Notes under the pieces: generated by a model
Told to the model about the DNA's origin: nothing
Database searches by the model: none
The model's input: the letters and a program-made list of their open reading frames with translations, nothing else
In this document: positions 58,486 through 64,000 of the stretch, in pieces
Layout: every line of letters starts with the position of its first letter
Numbering within the stretch: position 1 is the first letter of the stretch
Program-made: the position numbers and the translations under genes
Assembly (NCBI GenBank): GCA_031835245.2
Contig: JAVKOQ020000101.1
Location: forward strand, 62,001 to 126,000
DNA: 64,000 nucleotides
Source: Balamuthia mandrillaris
Taxonomy: Eukaryota
Direction: 5' to 3'

Positions 58486-58613
58486 ATTTGGGAATGACAA
58501 AATTATATTTATAGATGCAGACAAGAGAAAAAAGGGATAGGCTCTCTAACAAGTATAGGAATCTCTCAGCGTGCTGGAAGCCATCCGCCTGGTTTTTGCC
58601 TCCCACCGAGTTT

Positions 58614-58753
58614 TTACTTGGTGCGTCCCATGAGGGTATCCGCCATCTTATCGGCAGGAGCAGCCAAGGCAGCGGCAATCTTGGCCGTCATTCCTTCCTT
58701 TGGCATATGGGGCTGTTTTTTTGAGGCACAACGTTAGGAAAATGGAGAAGAAA

Positions 58754-58823
<70 letters not shown>

Positions 58824-59272
58824 CGTACATGAGGCCTGGTAGGAGCAGATCCCTTGCTCTCCTCCAAGCGTCTGCCCAGGTTCAGCCACTCCTCAGCAGT
58901 GACGTTCTTCTGCAGCTCGGGCAGCAGGTTCTTCTCCTCGTCATCGATGTGGCTCAGGGTGTCCCTCATCAAGAGGCCAATGATCCTGTCCCAGTCGGGC
59001 TGGTCGGGGCTGAGCTTGCTCAGGTCGTTGAGCAGGTTCTCCACGGTGAGGTGCTCCTCCAAGGCCTTCTTGACGAGGAGGTCGCCGTTGGGGAGGCACT
59101 TCCTCATGGTCGGGTAGAGCACCAGGCACTCGATGTTGGAGTGGATGCAGAGCTCCTTAATGAGCTGGTCCCCGATGGCGCGCTTCCTCTCGAGGTTGGT
59201 GACGGTGGTGTGCTCCTGGAACAAGCTCTTCACCTTGGCGTGGTCTCTCTTCAAAACGCTTTCGCAGTCCAT
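58614..59272 (-). CDS. Hemerythrin/HHE cation-binding domain protein (one intron)
   Basis: LKRDHAKV, ELCIHSNIE..VLYP, ALEEH, HIDDEEKNLLP, APTRPH|PH. Confidence 0.85.
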
Positions 59273-59732
59273 TGTGTGTTTCTTGTTCGGTTTGTGTCTC
59301 AAAAGTTTTTTTGTTCAGTCGAATGGAAAGAAGAAGAAGAAGGAGAAGAAGAACAAAAACAGTTTTAAAGTAGGAGAGTGGAGGAGTTCTCGCTTTGGAT
59401 TTTCTGTAAAAATGCAAGCAAGCTGCCAGAGCGTTCACGTGAGGCCAAAAGCGCTGCGTTACGGGTTGGAAGGTTGGCAAAACATTGCTTTCTTCATTGC
59501 TGCACCATCGATTGCCTATCAACCTCCTCTTTGATTTCTTGTCAAATTTCCTTCTTCTTTCCTATGCTGACGTCACAATAGGAATGATCAGAATGATCCG
59601 AATGCTGCTGCTGACATCACGGCCACTATTTGTGAAGTATACGTCATAAAAACATTTAAAAGGAAACAATGACGTCAGTAGGCACCAAGCGGTAAACGGA
59701 GAGCCGAAAAGGAAGCACCAAAGACAGCGCAC

Positions 59733-60428
59733 ATGAGAGCTATCGTGCAACGCGTCTTGCGAGCTGCCGTCCATGTGAACGGAGAGACCGTGGGCGCCAT
59801 TGACAATGGCCTTTTGGTTCTTGTCGGCATCTCACGAACAGACAAACCAGAAGATGCGGAATACATGTACGCCTGCTTCTCTCTTTGTAACGTTGAACGA
59901 GAGATATGATCTTTCTCGCTAACGCCATGGCTCGACAGTTGTCGCAAGATCCTTGGGATGCGTCTTTGGCCGGATGAAAAGGGCAAGGCATGGACCAAGA
60001 GCGTCACCGCCAAAAACTATGAAATCCTGTTGGTCAGCCAGTTCACTCTGTACGGCATCCTGAAAGGCAACAAACCCGACTTTCACAACGCCATGCCGCC
60101 CGAAGGACGTGACGGGTCGGACGAAGGCGGCTCTCGCGCTTTCTATGCCTCCTTTGTTGAGAAAGTTCGAAAGAGCTACGTTCCAGATCGGGTTAAAGGT
60201 CCTATTCTCTGTTCTCGTCTCTCTTTTCGTCTCTCTTCTTTGCACTTCTCTCGTTCTCTTTCTGTCTTTCCTCTTCTTTCTCTGCTCTCTTCTTCCAAAC
60301 ACTTATTTCGTTATGGAGCAGAAGGAGTATTTGGCGCCATGATGGAGGTCGAATTGGTGAACGACGGCCCTGTTACCATCCAACTCGAATCTCCTTCTTC
60401 CTCTTCTTCCGCTTCCTCTTCATCATAA
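59733..60428 (+). CDS. DTD1: D-aminoacyl-tRNA deacylase (2 introns)
   Basis: [49 protein letters not shown]. Confidence 0.93.
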
Positions 60429-60503
60429 AGAAAAAACGAAAAGCTTTAAACATACTTTATATACTTTTGTTTTTTGTTTGTTTGTTGCTTTGCACAAACC
60501 TTT

Positions 60504-63500
60504 CTAACATAACTTAAACTGAAGGAGTATATCTCCTTTGACGCGACCACGGGCCTTGGGAGAGCTTTGCAGAGTGAACCACTCGGGGCTGCCTTGCATG
60601 CTCACCACCTGGCTTGGCGTTACGCGAACGTGCCCCAGGAAAGTGTCCTTGCTGAGCGTTTCTTTGTCGTACACCTCGACGTGAATGGGTGTTGTGCCTG
60701 CTGGATCAAAGTTGTGACTTTGTTGACAACCAACAAAAAGGAAATGGTGTTAGTGGGTAGAAAAAGAGAGGAGAGGAGAGATAGATAGAGCAAGGTGAGA
60801 GAAAATGTACATTGTAAACTCTTGGTTCCAAGTAGGGTCTTTGGTGTCGTAGATGGCACGAGTGGTCTGGGTTTGGTCTCTATAGGTCACAGTTGCATAA
60901 GGATCCGGCTTTCCGATGCCAAACTTGTCCATCTTGGCCAACCGTCTTGCCTTCAACACTAGTTTGTAGTACAAAAAATAGTGTAAGGAACACAGAAACG
61001 AGAAAGAAAGAGCGACGCGAGGAAGAGCAAACCTTTGAAAATAACCTTATCCGGTTGTTTTTGGTGATGATAATGGTGAGTGGTGGTAGTCGTGGTGGAA
61101 GTCTGTTGCTGCATGGCCAGGCGTCGTTGCTGCTCTTCCCACTCTTGCCGCTGCCTCTGTTGCTCCTGTTCCCAAGCTTGCTGCTGCATCGCCAGCTGTT
61201 GTTGCTGCTGCTGATACAACCACTGTTGCTGCTGCTGTTGACGACGAGCCTCCTCCTCTGCTGCCTGCTGTCTCCTCCTTGCCTCATCCAATCTCCTAGC
61301 CTCCTCCATCTTTTTCTGTTCCTCCATCATCCTCTGACGATTGCGCTCCTCGTTCTCTCTGCGCCATTGTTCCTGCTTTGCTCTCTCCATGTCTTGTAAG
61401 CGTCGCTTGCTCTCCTCCTCCTCTCTTCTCAATCGTTCTCTTGCGGCTGCCTCTTCCTGGTTCAACCTATTCATCCTGGCCGCTGTCTCCGCGTTCAACA
61501 GCTGCTCTTGACGACGGCGCTCTTCCTCGAGTTGTCTTCGCCACTCGGCCTCTTGAGCTTGCCATAGTTCTCGAAGACGACGTTCCTCGTCGGCCAGCTT
61601 TTGGCGCATGGCGGCTTCTGCTTCAGCCTGCAGACGACGTTGTTGTTCGCCAGAACGATCGTCCTCCAAACATACGTTCTTGTTGAACAAGTTGGCAACA
61701 AACGCCAAGTTCAGTTTTGGATTTCCCTTTGTTTGTATTTTCGTCATAATAAGAACAAAAAGGGAGAAGAACAAGAAGGAAACGTACCAAGACAACATCA
61801 ATTGGTTCAACAAACTTACGGCAGCCAACTCTGTCAGCATTTTGAAGCATGGCCTCAGCCCTGCGTTCCAAGTTTTGCTCTTGTAAAGCGTCCAATCGGC
61901 ATTGGGATGGGTTCAATTGGTTGAGCAGCACCAAATAATTTTCCGAATCCTTTTGTGTAATTTTACGTTTGTTAGTTTGTTTTTGCAGATTGAAAAAAAG
62001 ATAGTCTACTTACAGCGATATCACTGCCAAAGTTACGGACACGTCGAGGATGTCCAGCTCGCTTTAGATGGTAATTGAACCAACGGAGGAGAGTTTCCTC
62101 TGGGGGGAGGTTCACAAAGTCTTGGACGTTCTCACCTTCTTCCATTAGCGTTACCAGGTTGGGATGTTTCTCGACGGATACAGCGTCCATCAAACCCAAC
62201 TTTTGAAGGTCATAAAATAAGAGAGAGAAAGAGAGGAATAAGCATTTTAAGAAGGAAAAAGAGACAAAGAGGAGAAAATCTCAAACCTTGATAATCTGCC
62301 ACAACAAACCAAGAATCAAGTGTGGCTGTTGCAAGATAAGAGAGTTTAGTTGAGAAAAGAGATAGCTATGAGAGAATAGAAAAAAGATAAGAATTATTAC
62401 CGTTTTGTCTTTGATGTCTTCGGGACCGATGTTAACTACGACGAGGCCAAGGCGTTTGCAGCCTTCAATGCCATAAATGAGGTTCTGCCGCAGCTCAAAT
62501 GGATTCATGTTGGGCTTCTTGCATATCATATTCTCGGCGATAGTTCCTGGCCGCACATGATTTACCAACTTACTGTATTATTGCACACAATTGTCAGCAA
62601 ACACTATGTTAATACGAGAAAGAGAAGCAAACTAAAAAAAGAAAAAAAGAAAAAAAAGGAAGGTTTATGGCAAATACAGAAGAAGCAAGAAGAGAAGATA
62701 CGAAATTAAAACGAAAAGAAAAAGAAGAAAGCAAAAAAGGGTGAAAAGGACAACAAGAAAGAACAAACCAAAGCAAAAGGCCATCGGCAGCAATGGCATC
62801 AAACAGCTCCGTTGAGTGAGGATTCAACGGCAAATGCTTCTTCAGGTCAGGGTCGTTGCCCAACACCTCATTGATATGCTGAGCAAAGGAGCGCGTCTCC
62901 TCCGTGCTATAGGCATGCTTGGACTCTCCCTGTCCTCTTTCCACTTTGGTCTCTCCCATTCGAGCCAGTGGAGCGGTTCTTCGTGGACTGACTTTGCTCT
63001 TGTCTCCTCCTCCTGTTGTTGATGGTGGTGCTTGTAACACAGAGGAAGAACGCGCTTGAGGTTGTTGAGGTCTTTGAAGAGAAGAAGTGCTGCCGTTTCT
63101 TTGCACAGATTTCAGCTCGCTAACGAGAGGGTTTTGTTGTGCCAAAGAAGGAGAAGAGGATTGACGACGAGAAGAGGCTGATTGTGGTGGCTGCTGCTGC
63201 TGTAAAGAAGAGGAAGAAGAAGGCTGACGATAAGACACGGAGGTTTGTGGTTGTTGATGGGGAGGCAACGATTGACGCCGTTGTTGCTGTTGCGGCTTCT
63301 GTTGCTGTTGAGGAGGAGGATACTGCTGTTGTTGCTGCTGTTGCTGCTGTTGCTGCGGAAAAGCTTGTTGTGGATAGTGAGGGCCGCTTGCCGGAGGGGA
63401 TACAACCGAAGGAGGGCCATAAGGATGAGCCCCCGGCGGTGCGCTGTGCGGTGGAGCAGGGTAGCCACCAAAGCCAGTACCTGGAGGTGAGGTAGGCGGC

Positions 63501-63736
63501 CAGTTATTGCTGGGAGGAGGTGTTGCAAAAGCAGGTTGGTGATGAAGCGCAGGTTGAGAAAGAGGTGCGCCGTAATAAGGTTGTTGAGGAAAAGGGCCAG
63601 AAACAGGAGGTGGGGAAGTGACTTGCTGTTGTTGAGGAAAGCCTCCTCCCATCATCATCATGGGAGGTGCATGGATTTGCTGTTGTTGATGTTGAGGGAA
63701 AGGGCTAGTCCCAGGTGGTGCGAATGGATCCCACAT
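60504..63736 (-). CDS. Fimbrin-like single actin-binding domain (CH1-CH2) with coiled coil and C-terminal C2 domain
   Basis: HAYSTEE...HINEVL, VVNIGPEDI, HLILGLLWQII, PPEETLLRWFNYHL, GNPKLNLAFVANLFN; then an E/R/Q coil; then C2 (KMDKFGIGKPDPY, DPTWNQEF, VEVYDKE...DTFLG). Confidence 0.85.
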
Positions 63737-64000
63737 AGTGAGGGTTACAGGTCGTTATTGATGGATTGTTGCGAGGACAGCTTTGTAACTTAAGCAAATG
63801 AGGCAGAGAAGCCCTCTGAATCTTCTGAACGGATCCAACAGAATAACGCAAAAAAAAAAAGTAGAAGGAAATAGAGAGGTGAACACACGCGTTCTCAGGA
63901 AAGTGATTTTTAAATTTCACTAAACAAGAAGAGAGAGAGAAACGACGCACGGTTCGTGTTGCCCAAGTGGGTGCTTCGTTGTGTTGTTGCAGTTGCTGCA

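Overview
Gene-dense eukaryotic nuclear DNA with short GT-AG introns, many filled with CT/AG or AAAC microsatellites. Gene content and intron style suggest a free-living amoebozoan (Balamuthia/Acanthamoeba-like); that assignment is inference. About 35 protein genes can be supported. Housekeeping genes include VPS4, LYAR, MED7, MED20, RNase H2C, a NEIL1-like glycosylase, ZADH2/PTGR3, LMW-PTP and DTD1, plus three tRNA genes. Strongest structural observations: (1) a 3.7-kb Mutator-type transposon (15251-18933) with a perfect 9-bp target-site duplication sits inside the F-box of an otherwise intact F-box/Kelch gene; (2) a head-to-head pair of a CDP-alcohol phosphotransferase and a TagD-like cytidylyltransferase flanks a symmetric promoter, a candidate undescribed lipid head-group module; (3) a secreted protein is built from about 60 YDGGDV[S/A/T] heptads; (4) an intronless 15-repeat LRR protein has variability confined to the beta-strand face and overlaps its neighbour antisense; (5) an inverted WrbA duplication and a tandem YwqG-like duplication show mosaic identity; (6) one intact and two broken Ras genes; (7) several intronless bacterial-like or giant-virus-like genes. 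All calls come from manual reading of motifs. Exon boundaries are hand-derived and no database searches were run.
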